Of a stretch of 64,000 nucleotides of DNA, positions 1-10,126 are shown one piece after another. A model generated the notes under the pieces. It saw only the letters and a list, made by a program, of their open reading frames with translations, had not been told where the DNA came from and did not search any database. The first letter of the stretch is position 1; every line of letters starts with the position of its first letter. Origin of the DNA: Eukaryota sp. GEM-RC1 (taxonomy: Eukaryota). The stretch is taken from contig JAUFOQ010000006.1 of the NCBI GenBank assembly GCA_040285855.1, forward strand, positions 1,488,001-1,552,000, given 5' to 3'. A program made the translations under genes and the position numbers.

Positions 1-808
1 TTCTTCCAGATCTTAGCACTGGATAAGCAAAAGTTTCATGTGGAATACGGCAGTAACGATGCAATATGCCCATGTGGTATTTAGTTCTTTGATTATGTTT
101 CTTTTGTTTTAGCTGAGTTTCTTCTGTTGGCGGTTCTTCTGTTAGAGTTTCTTCTGTTGGCAATTCTTGTGTTGGCGGTTCTTGTGTTGGCGGTTCTTCT
201 GTTGGCGGTTCTGGCAGAGATGGAGGAGGCGATGGTGACACAGAAGTTCTTCTGGGTCTCTTTACTTCTGGGGATGGTAAACGATCATGGGGACCTGGAT
301 TCTGCTCAACGTCTCCATCGATAGAGAGATCACGCTTCCATGATGTGGACGAGAGGATAGAGCACAGAATAAGCGGAGACGACATCGGGAAGCACGTATC
401 CACACATTTCTTCAACCCACCATCCATATCCCGTGACCGTGCTATGGAAACAGTGTTTGGGTGATGTGATGAAGCAATGGCGGATGTGGACGAGAGGATA
501 GAGCACAGAATAAGCGGAGACGACATCGGGAAGCACGTATCCACACATTTCTTCAACCCACCATCCATATCCCGTGACCGTGCTATGGAAACAGTTTTTG
601 GGTGATGTGATGAAGCAATGGCGGATGTGGACGAGAGGATAGAGCACAGAATAAGCGGAGACGACATCGGGAAGCACGTATCCACACATTTCTTCAACCC
701 ACCATCCATATCCCGTGACCGTGCTATGGAAACAGTGTTTGGGTGATGTGATGAAGCAATGCCGGATGTGGACGAGGCGAGGGGTGTTAGCAGTATAATA
801 GAAGTCAT
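1..808 (-). CDS. Partial ORF running off the window start: three 47-aa repeats, a 2A-like DVEQNPGP motif and a Pro/Glu/Thr-rich repeat
   Basis: Manual translation from the ATG at 808: MTSIILLTPLASSTSGIASSHHPNTVSIARSRDMDGGLKKCVDTCFPMSSPLILCSILS...SWKRDLSIDGDVEQNPGPHDRLPSPEVKRPRRTSVSPSPPPSLPEPPTEEPPTQEPP... There is no stop codon before position 1, which probably explains its absence from the ORF track. Confidence 0.7.
   Translation of the reverse strand, partial: MTSIILLTPLASSTSGIASSHHPNTVSIARSRDMDGGLKKCVDTCFPMSSPLILCSILSSTSAIASSHHPKTVSIARSRDMDGGLKKCVDTCFPMSSPLILCSILSSTSAIASSHHPNTVSIARSRDMDGGLKKCVDTCFPMSSPLILCSILSSTSWKRDLSIDGDVEQNPGPHDRLPSPEVKRPRRTSVSPSPPPSLPEPPTEEPPTQEPPTQELPTEETLTEEPPTEETQLKQKKHNQRTKYHMGILHRYCRIPHETFAYPVLRSGR
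115..215. repeat. 15-bp degenerate coding tandem repeat (EPPTE/EPPTQ)
   Basis: Repeated TTCTTCTGTTGGCGG-like units. Confidence 0.85.
290..340 (-). other. 2A-like (StopGo ribosome-skipping) peptide motif
   Basis: 313-290 on the minus strand reads GAC GTT GAG CAG AAT CCA GGT CCC = DVEQNPGP, matching D[VI]ExNPGP. It is preceded by WKRDLSIDG. Confidence 0.8.
342..775. repeat. 141-bp tandem repeat, about 3 near-identical copies
   Basis: GATGTGGACGAG starts at 342, 483, 624 and 765. The period of 141 bp equals 47 codons. Confidence 0.95.
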
Positions 809-958
809 TGGAGTGGGAAAATTATGGAGCTGTAAACAACTATACTGTACTGATAGAACAAGGAATTCTCATGTCTTCACAACTACATTTACAAGGATCG
901 CTTTGTGTACACTTTTATTTTCTCTTTGATACATGTAGAACAATTTATTACTATGCGT

Positions 959-2659
959 TTATTCTAAATATTGATGTTGATAAAGTAAAACATAGCCATT
1001 TAAAGAAATCTCAGTTAATACTGTCTGTTCGTCTACACCTTTCTTGCAATCACTATTGGTATCATGTAACCACCAAGAACCTTCTTTTTCCTTTGCATAT
1101 GTCACACAGTGACCGTCAGCAAGGGAATCATAATGACAGATCGCAGACAGCAGTCTGTATGTGTATTTTTCTTCAACACTACTTTTGGTCTTGGTTGACA
1201 CTTTGGCGGTTGAGGTTCGACTGGTACTTCATTCCCAATCACTACCTCTAACAAAATGCTGACTCCCACAATTTCTTTCATTTTCATTAGAAATGTCAAA
1301 GACAGACAATTCTTCTGATGTTGGATAATGAGACAATGTGTAAATGTCCTTAAGTGGCAGTTGTGAGTTGATTTCATTGGTAGGGGAAAACTCAATCGAT
1401 TCTGAACCCAATTGTGCTTCAGAAGACAGGAATAGATAGAGTGATAGATTTGAAGAAATAATAACTGGTTGAGGATGTCCAGTCAGTCTAATGATAAGAG
1501 CTTTTGGAAGAGAAGCAAAAGTTTCAGTAATTTCTGATTTTTGTTCAGGACAAGTAGCACAAATTTTTTCTTTTCGAAAAGGTAGATGAGCTTGCAACAA
1601 TGATTCGAGATCGGTTGGTCTAGAAGGATACCGCCTTTGGATACTTTCCTTGTTAATTTCCAAGGCGAAGTGAATGTTAGATGTTGGATCAGTCCCACAC
1701 CAAGAACATTTTGTTGTTGTTTTAATACAGAAACAAAATGCATTAACAGCACAAGAATGCTTTAATTTTTGAGTTATCAACAATTGATCTAAATCTTGCT
1801 GAAGTGATGATTTGACATCTAACTGAGTCTGAACTTTTTTTGGTGATGGTTTCTCATCTAAATCATATCCATAATATTGGAAGTCTGTAGTATCAGTTTC
1901 TTCTGATTCAGACTGTGGTTCAAATTTTTGACAAAAGAGTGTAATTCATCATTTGATGAAGATGGCAAGGTGGTGCGGAATTCCTTGTCAAGTGTTTTTA
2001 AAAGTTTGGCAAGGAAATTGAAAGGATCGTGTTGACCCGCCGCAACAACAGGATAAATGTCAGCGATTTGCGCACGAACACCTTCAATATCTTTCGAATA
2101 AAAACAATTGACGAGAGGAGTAGCAGAAGTATCAAAATCTAGTTCTTTGAAATGATTTACATTGAGTTCGAAGAAACGTTCAATGTGACGTATAATAAAA
2201 TGGATAACTGAATAGACATAACAACAATCAGATGAAGTAGAAATTGAAGGAGTAGTAGTTTTAACAGGAATAGCAAGAGCCTCGTTAACTGTTTCCAGTC
2301 AAACTGGAAAGAGAAGAAGGGGATACAATCAGGTTATGAGATGAGAGGGTGGTTTTTACGATGAAAGATATCACGTCGCTAATACACTGTGTATCTTCAA
2401 GGGGAGTGATTGCACGAAGATTAGAGGACGATGTTAAGCTGAAAAGGAACTTTGTTTGTGCAACGTCTGATGTTACAAGAACGAGATTTAAATGATATTG
2501 AATATGTCCATTATACACTACGACAATGAAGAAGTCGCCCGCAGTGTCTTGGACGATGACAATTTCAACATCTGTAACTTCCGCAGGAATGTCATTTACG
2601 AAGTCTAGTTGCATCTGTTGTTTGGGAAAACGTTGGCGGACACGGAATGATGTTGACAT
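959..2659 (-). pseudogene. Ubiquitin-specific protease (peptidase C19/UCH)-like gene, frameshifted (pseudogene or assembly errors)
   Basis: Motifs in the correct order across frames: Cys-box-like SDCCYVYSVIHF (~2230-2195), GQHDPFNFL (~2040-2012), CSWC and CATC zinc pairs, FASLPKALIIRL, and His box YRLLSAICHYDSLADGHCVTYAK..GSWWLHD...GYVLLYQ. Frame changes occur near 2293, 1935 and 1230. Confidence 0.8.
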
Positions 2660-3559
2660 GTTTGTGCAGAGAGGAAAATTTATGTCCTAGTCTATTATTA
2701 CAACAAAGATTCCATTTTTGACTTTCAATCAATACAATAGGGTGGGTTTATTCATTCCGTGATGAATTTGTCATTCACGAGGATTAATGTTTTACTATAA
2801 CTAACTAATACAGGATTAATAAAGGAACCAGTGAAGTAGAAATTGAAAGAGTAGTAGTTTTAACAGAAATAGCAAGAGCCTCGTTAACTGTTTTAGTCAA
2901 ACTGGAAAGAGAAGAAGGGTTAGGCAAAATCAGGTCTTGACACTTAATTCGTGGAAGTCGCCATTGATTATTCGTACGATCATACACTTGAAGGTTGAGT
3001 TTTTGAGAAAGTTCCCACACTAAGTATTTAAGTGTCGGCTGCCACAAACCTAAGAATTCTTACAACATAAACGTGTTCAAAAATTTGTTCACTAATCAGT
3101 CTGTTGCTGGGTTGAGTACAAACAAAGGATGGCCCAGAACAATGAGCCTTAACTTTATTAATTATCTTGTGACTGGTTCTTTTCATGATGAGAACTACAG
3201 ATTTACTTGAAGATACTAAAACAATTTTTTAGTAACGAAAAATTTTCAATCAAAAACATTCTGTATGAAGAGTTTCGACAACGTCGTTGTCTATATTCAA
3301 CGTTCCAATGGCAAGTTTTTGATTCATGTGAAAATCTGGATCACCATATTGGAGAGCAAATCTGTGGACCAAGTTTTGTTCACTTCGTTCTTTTCTTGAA
3401 TTCTGGGTAAGGCGTTTACGTCTAAAAAATTTCTCTTCATAGAAACAAGCCTTGAAAGTTTTTGGAACTGAATCAGTTGTAATTAAAACTTTTTGTAACT
3501 CAAATACAACTGCACTTGTTGATAAACAGTAGATTTTCAACATCCACTGCCGTAGCTTT

Positions 3560-3750
3560 GATGATGCAGCCTCCCTATTCTTATCTAACTCAACTCGAGA
3601 CCGACTCCATTGCAGGGTTTCGGGCTCAGTTGAGTTTAGATAGTCCCAGTATGAAAGGCCTTATTACTTTATGCAAAATTCTGTCTATTAACAGGACAGT
3701 GATTGATCTGGATATCTCCCCCAACTTAATTGATATTGAAGTCACATTTT
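3560..3750 (+). pseudogene. Fragment resembling the LRR family gene at 55.2-57.9 kb
   Basis: LSLDSPSMKGLITLCKILSINRTVIDLDISPNLIDIE resembles LSSISLDALIASYEILSINPNLLDLDVSPHFFNID in ORF 56935..57888. Confidence 0.55.
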
Positions 3751-4931
3751 CTGTTTTTCACCAACGAATTTTGTTCCCAAAGAAGCGGGGGTGGCAGGAT
3801 TTGAAGAGGTGATGTATATGACATAAAGACCATTTACATCTGTTGATCTACACTGCTTCTGAATTGTACAGAGGAACGAAGATATACCACCAAGCTATTG
3901 CTCAAGATGTTCCCATTGTGACTTTGAGAAGAAGAGCAGAGAGAAATGAAACGGAGGGAACGAAGAAAGTTATACAGTATGGCCGATGCACGATTACTGA
4001 TTAAAAATTGAGGATTTTCAGCGATCTGTTTGATTGTTAACAATGGCTCAATCACGATGGAACGAAGAAAGTTATACAGTATGGCCAAGACAAATCACAA
4101 GACAACCATACTTCTCAGAGGACAATCTTCAAGTGGTTCAATGCAACGTTAAGCGGATCTACGAAACATACAATGCAAGAGGCATTCAGCAAGAATCAGT
4201 CAGAAATCCAGTGTTTTCAGCAGAGGAGATAACTGAAGGAGCATCATCACAGAAGAAGTGTATAAAGAGAAAACCACGGAACAACACATTCCTTCAACCC
4301 ACCATCCAAATCCCGTGACCGTGCAATGGAAACAGTATCTGGATGGCGGAATTGAGAAATAGCGGATGTGGACGCAAAGCAAAGCAATGAGTGCAACCAC
4401 GATACACCAGATGACAACCCAACTCATCTTGCCCACTTGTCGAGTGCAGGAGACAAATTGACAAGAAGAGCGGAATTGCCATCTATGTAAAGAGGTCACT
4501 TCTCATAGATATACGTGGCAGCAAGCACATATCGTGACCAAAACTTACTTTTGGCATCATCACAATGTCTATAGTTAGAAAGATGGAGGATCATACGCAT
4601 GTCAAGAGAGAAGAAAAGTGAAATTGCAGTATTCATTTTTGGAGTCTTGTCTTGTTTGTCTACAGATAGCAGACATCTTTTCTGTCTTCGGATATCTCCT
4701 ACACTTCAAATACAACATTTTTGTACTTACTTACTTGACATCATTCATTAATTAATACATCAACAATGTTATTTTCAATGCTCTTGTGTATCACAACATT
4801 GACAATGCATTGAACTAGAACGTATATGTTGATTTCGTGTTAACAAGGAAGAGACTTGAAACAAAAGAAGAACAGGATGCTTTATTGATATCTAAACAAA
4901 GAAAACTACAATAATGATCTATAAAAACAAA

Positions 4932-5187
4932 TTTAAATCGCATATGGTGTATGAGGCTAGCAGTATCACGAGTAGTATCACCAGCAATTCGAATAGCTCT
5001 TTCAATTACTGGGGTGGTGGTTTCACGAAGGGCGGAAGCAACTGCACTAAAGATGAGTTTTAAATCGCATATGGTGTATGAGGCTAGCAGTATCACGAGT
5101 AGTATCACCAGCAATTCGAATAGCTCTTTCAATTACTGGGGTGGTGGTTTCACGAAGGGCGGAAGCAACTGCACTAAAAATGAGTTC
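4932..5187. repeat. 127-bp tandem duplication
   Basis: TTTAAATCGCATATGG starts at 4932 and 5059. ORFs 4815..5132 and 5047..5238 encode the same peptide in different frames. Confidence 0.9.
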
Positions 5188-5388
5188 AAGTTCCTTCTCG
5201 TCAAGTGAATGCTTAGAGTTTGCTAAAAGAGTAGTCACTGCCTCATGACCAGTCTTGACAACGCTGTCAACGTCAACAATCTTCTTAGGTTGAGGTTCAG
5301 TTATCTAGAATTAGATCAGTGGATTCATGTATGAAAGAAAAGTGAACCTAGACCTTAGACTTCACTTCACATCTTCGAGTCCTATACT

Positions 5389-6383
5389 CAGGGCTCTGTA
5401 ATATTGTATTGCAATATATTGGTATTGGTTTTTGACCTTCCAATCAATATTGGTATCGACCAATATATTGCAAATATTGCCAATATAGTTAAACCTAGTA
5501 TATGAAGTAGCTTTATCAAGATCTACTTCTAAAATGCATAAAACAATAAACTACTACTGTAAAACCAATGAAGAGTGTACTTGCAACAATAATTATAATA
5601 TAATACATACTAATCCAGAAAAAGAAACTAAAGACTTCTTTAGATTAACATTGATTAATTGTATTCAACAAGCTTTACGAACAGTTCCAACATTCCAAAG
5701 ACTTCTGTTGTAATGCAACCAAAGTTGAGCTTTCAATCTGCTATTGGATAAAGAATAGCGAGTCATTCCAACTGCAAGTTTGACTTTGGAAAAAAGTCTC
5801 TCAATCTCCACAGAAGTGGCTGGAATCCAAGTCAAATCTTGATATTTTCTATTGGCAGTTCTTCTGGTCTGTGATAATTGAGAGGCTCGTTCAGAAAGCG
5901 TTCCTTTCTCTCCTTCCTGACTTTCTGGTTCTGGAAACAAAATGACAGGACTTTCCCCCATTTCAAACTTCTGAAGATAGTTCTTTTCTTGAGTAGTAAA
6001 TAAACTTTCGGTTCCATCAATTACTTTCAAGACACCGGACTCAAATTCTTGGATGTAAGGGAATAAAAGGTGAGACAGATTGTTTTATTGTCCGTCATAA
6101 AGATAGTAAGAGTAAGTTAAGTTTGAACTAAATAATTCTTCTATTGGATTGACAGATTTTCTCATAACGTAAGTGGTTGGCTCATTTGTACTAAGAAGTT
6201 CAATTAATGTACAGCTGACAGACACTCATATACATTGTCCCGTAGATGTTTGAGACAAAATACCCAAACATCCATATTGATCAATATTGGCAATATATTG
6301 GTATTGGTTTTTCGGCAACCAATCAATATTGGTACATATTTATTGACAATATTGAATTGGCAATTCAATATTACAGAGCCCTG
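5389..6383 (-). mobile_element. Non-autonomous (internally deleted) hAT transposon
   Basis: TIR CAGGGCTCTGTAATATTG at 5389 with its reverse complement ending at 6383. 8-bp TSD CCTATACT at 5381-5388 and 6384-6391. Internal ORF 5665..6030 has the hAT C-terminal dimerisation motif IPATSVEIERLFS. Confidence 0.95.
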
Positions 6384-6684
6384 CCTATACTAGACCATGC
6401 ACACTTATCTCATTCAATAAACAACATCTTCTTTATTTTGTTCTACTTGCCAGTTGTTTCTGCAAAACAGGTCCTACATTTAACTTCTTTATCTCTAACT
6501 TCTTTCTCTTATCGCTGCCTGAGATAGGCTTTTCCTTTCCACACTGATGTCCCAAAGTCTTGGAAACAAGTGATCCTAGGGAGGATTGAATTTCATTGTT
6601 TTCAGTAGGAGTAGAAGGAGCGGATTCAACGGGAGAGTTACGAGAGGACTTTTGTGAGAGGTTCTGGAGTTGTGGCTTCTTTGC

Positions 6685-7212
6685 TCACAACTTTAGCTTC
6701 TTTAAGGTGCTTGTTCTTTTCTTAACAATATGAGTTCTTTCATGAATAACATTAGGAGCAATTGAAGAAAACTCAGAAAGATCTTCGTTTTCTTCAGCAT
6801 TCATACCATACACTTTCTTAAAACGTGAAGAAATGTCTGGTACTTTTGCGCCTTGGGAAGCTAAATACTGAGTTCTAGAATTAATAAAGTGAACAATATT
6901 CTCAAAAAAGTCTTCCTTAGACTGTACCAAGTCTGAGAGGAATTCATCATTGTTGGTACTTATAGAAAGTCCATCTGTTGAATTATCACGAGGTCGTGAA
7001 ATTAGAATATAATCCCCATTGGGACCGAGCTGAACACTTTTACCATCCACCTTTGTCGATGTATAACTAAAGACGTTATAGACATGTTGGTGCTTGTTCA
7101 TATTCTTTCTTCGGAAAGAGTTAGAGCGTCGTTTCTTGTTATAATTGACAGACATAGACGTAGCATCATCTGAAGACTGAACTGAGAGTGAATAAAGACA
7201 TACAACTGACAT
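6685..7212 (-). CDS. Hypothetical basic protein
   Basis: 175-aa ORF with Lys/Arg clusters; no family recognised. Confidence 0.45.
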   Translation of the reverse strand: MSVVCLYSLSVQSSDDATSMSVNYNKKRRSNSFRRKNMNKHQHVYNVFSYTSTKVDGKSVQLGPNGDYILISRPRDNSTDGLSISTNNDEFLSDLVQSKEDFFENIVHFINSRTQYLASQGAKVPDISSRFKKVYGMNAEENEDLSEFSSIAPNVIHERTHIVKKRTSTLKKLKL

Positions 7213-7254
7213 TGGATTTTTGCCGGAAAAATATTTTCCTTCACTATCAATTCA

Positions 7255-8057
7255 ATGACCAACAATATCTTACAAGATTGTTTGGCAACATTCTTTGAAA
7301 CATATCTCATTCAACAAATACAAGCATGTGGGTGTATCAAATGCATGGCCATAGGAGAACTTAACTCTCTTGACAAATTGACATCACTTTTGTCTCACAT
7401 ACATCGTATGAGCTTTCATCCAAATCCTGAAGATGACTTAACTTCTTTATCTCCTTTACTTTCAATCTGCTCACATATACTAGCGAAATGTAAGACAATG
7501 CCGTCGATTCCATTGTGGAACGTGGTATTAAAATTGTTTGTTGTTGTAGTAGTAGTGTAGATGTTGAGGGAATGCTAAATTGTTTTTCTGTCCTGTTATT
7601 TGTACTTGCAAATTCTTTACAAGCAATGTATAACACGTTGTTGATCACAAAGTGTGAAAGAATATTGTTTCTCAATGATATTTCCGAATTTCTTTGGAGT
7701 ATTAATGATCGACAGTGTCTAGTTAAAGTATTGACAGTTTTGCTACTATCCTTGAATGGTGATGAATGTAGGGAATTGTTACTTACTGAAGTATTCCAAG
7801 AGTTTACAGGATGTTCTGAAACATTGACAGATATAATACTTATGTGTGAGAACAGTCAAGATGAGGAGTTTGTTGACATGTCCGTTGTTGTTAAAAGGGT
7901 GTCTTCGTTGTTCAACTTGTTTGATGTGAATGAGATTTGTGAATGTGATGCAGATTGTGACAAGGAGTTTGTGAGTTTCATTGATTCATTGTTTAAGTAT
8001 AAAGAACAGTTGTATTTTATAACAAATAGCAATAAGGAGATTACATTCGACATATAG
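7255..8057 (+). CDS. Hypothetical protein, possibly one gene split by a frameshift near 7520-7550
   Basis: Overlapping ORFs 7255..7560 and 7515..8057; Cys-rich and acidic; no family recognised. Confidence 0.4.
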
Positions 8058-8358
8058 AGAACACAAATCGGGGTGTTCTACTTCTACGAGGAACATCAGC
8101 TGTGTAGGGAGGAGGAGGAATTACCTTGTCTTCAGATAGAATGGCATCAACGAGGGCTAGGAGAGAGATCTCATGTTTGATTTGTAAGATCAAGGGGGTG
8201 ACTTTAAAAGACTCGGATATGTGTTGAAGTGCTCGAAAGTAGTCCAAGGACAAGAAACATTGCTTGTCATCAAGCTCAATCTCAGCACCAACATCACCAT
8301 TTACAAAGACATATAATTTGACATATGAGACGATAGAAAGCTCATCATGGTAGAACAA
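8041..8358 (-). CDS. Small hypothetical protein
   Basis: 105-aa ORF, divergent from the helicase. Confidence 0.4.
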   Translation of the reverse strand: MFYHDELSIVSYVKLYVFVNGDVGAEIELDDKQCFLSLDYFRALQHISESFKVTPLILQIKHEISLLALVDAILSEDKVIPPPPYTADVPRRSRTPRFVFSICRM

Positions 8359-8479
8359 GCTTCTAAGAATTATGTACGACCAGCATTTTCCATTAAGTGG
8401 AGGTAGATATATAAATTATAGTGAAAGGAAAGTTTCCCTGCACAATCTGCATCTTAAACATCACCACTTCACACACTCA

Positions 8480-10126
8480 ATGTCCATTATCAACACACTT
8501 ACAGACGAACAGGCTCACGTCTTCCAAGCTATTACTCATTCTAGACCTTCTAAGCGTAAGAATTTCTTCATTACTGGTGGTGCCGGATCGGGCAAGTCTT
8601 ACCTACTGTACTGTCTTAAACAGTGGTGGTCTAATGCGGGTTCCAAGCTAATGAGACCCAATGGCCATGTCTTTTTTACTGCTACTACTGGTGTTGCTTC
8701 CACTGTCTTTGGTGGTCAAACCCTACACTCTCTCTTTGGTTATAATTTTATCCGTAATGAAAAACCAATATCTGATGTCATTCGCTCTATGCCTTCGAGT
8801 GTTAAGTCTGTTTTACGAACTATTAGTGCTCGAAATTCAATGCTTGTTATTGATGAAATTTCAATGTTGACTGCTGAATTATTCAACAGAGCCTCTGATA
8901 TATTTAAAGATTTACTGAAGTCTCAGTTACCATTTGGTGGACTTCAAGTTGTAATATTTGGTGATTTTCTGCAACTTGCACCAATTGTAAAATCTGATTC
9001 AAACACACGGACTGTTCTTCAACTTTCAGACTTTACGTTTTCATCACAGTCTTGGAAGGACTTGAATTTAAATTTTATTGAATTATCTGGAAGTATCCGA
9101 CAACAAGGTGATGTCAATTTTTATAATTTTTTGAATGAAATACGTCTCGGACTTTTTGATGACTATATGAAACATATTTTATTGAAACATAAGTCATTAG
9201 CCAAAAATATTGAAAGTCCAACCAAATTATTTGCTAGAAACAAGGATGTCGCCGACGAAAATTTAAAGCAATTTGAATCATTATGTGAACAAGGGAATGA
9301 AAATGTTGAATTTCATTCCCTCGATAAGTTCAATGAACCCTTAATTAAATCAGAAATTGTCAAAAGTTGGGCATTTGGTAAGCCTAATGAGGAACAAATG
9401 GAAAAGGCTGTTGATTTAAATGTAAAAAAATTATCAAGTAGGCTAAACGATTTTGCCGAACAAAAATTTCACTGTGTCGTCGGGGGTTTGGTAATGTTTA
9501 CCCAAAACAAACCAGATCTGGGCCTAGTAAATGGGTCAAAAGGCAAAATTATTGATTTTTCAGAAACTTCACATTTCAGTAATGTAAGATTCGGGAGGGA
9601 CGAAGAACCAATTAAAATTATTCCGACTAAATTTGAAATTGAGGTGTTGAATGAGAAGAAAATGCCTGTAATTATAGCATCCCGATTGCAATATCCTCTT
9701 CGTCCTTGTTGGGCAATAACAGTCCATAGATCTCAGGGACTAACAATTGAAGGAATTGAAGTTTCATTAAATTTTTGGGAATATGCCCAATTGTACGTTA
9801 CATTGAGTAGGGTGAAGAACTGGAACTCAATTAAAATTTTAGATATTTCTTCTAGATTTCCCAAACCAAGAATTGATCTTTATCTGTGGTATTATTCCAC
9901 TTTTCACCCCTGTCGACCAGTTACTAAACCTCTTTATCCTTTGCCATTAGAAGATGAAAGAATTGTTAGAAATTGGCCTTCTGTGTTGAAAACTTTTGAT
10001 GAATTTTCGTCCAATATTATTTCTATTGTTGGTGAAAGTATGGAAACTGTTGATGATCTTGATACAGTCAGTGAAGAAATTAAGGAAGATTTGGTGGAAA
10101 AGATGTTGCAAAAATTGAAAATTTGA
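8480..10126 (+). CDS. PIF1-family (SF1B) DNA helicase
   Basis: Walker A GGAGSGKS, TATTGVA, GQTLHSLFG, DEISML, PFGGLQVVIFGDFLQLAPI, RQQGD..F...LNEIRLG, NGSKG, RLQYPL..CWAITVHRSQGLTI, QLYVTLSRV. The ORF is open from 8372; the ATG at 8480 is the likely start. Confidence 0.95.
   Translation: MSIINTLTDEQAHVFQAITHSRPSKRKNFFITGGAGSGKSYLLYCLKQWWSNAGSKLMRPNGHVFFTATTGVASTVFGGQTLHSLFGYNFIRNEKPISDVIRSMPSSVKSVLRTISARNSMLVIDEISMLTAELFNRASDIFKDLLKSQLPFGGLQVVIFGDFLQLAPIVKSDSNTRTVLQLSDFTFSSQSWKDLNLNFIELSGSIRQQGDVNFYNFLNEIRLGLFDDYMKHILLKHKSLAKNIESPTKLFARNKDVADENLKQFESLCEQGNENVEFHSLDKFNEPLIKSEIVKSWAFGKPNEEQMEKAVDLNVKKLSSRLNDFAEQKFHCVVGGLVMFTQNKPDLGLVNGSKGKIIDFSETSHFSNVRFGRDEEPIKIIPTKFEIEVLNEKKMPVIIASRLQYPLRPCWAITVHRSQGLTIEGIEVSLNFWEYAQLYVTLSRVKNWNSIKILDISSRFPKPRIDLYLWYYSTFHPCRPVTKPLYPLPLEDERIVRNWPSVLKTFDEFSSNIISIVGESMETVDDLDTVSEEIKEDLVEKMLQKLKI

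Noticed and set aside
330..689. ORF-track 119-aa repeat protein as the real product
   Set aside because: The substitution pattern against the 4.3-kb paralog favours the overlapping frame that starts at 808 and contains the 2A motif.
8372..10126. Classical Helitron RepHel
   Set aside because: No HUH/Y2 Rep motifs upstream, and I identified no Helitron 3' hairpin-CTRR end.
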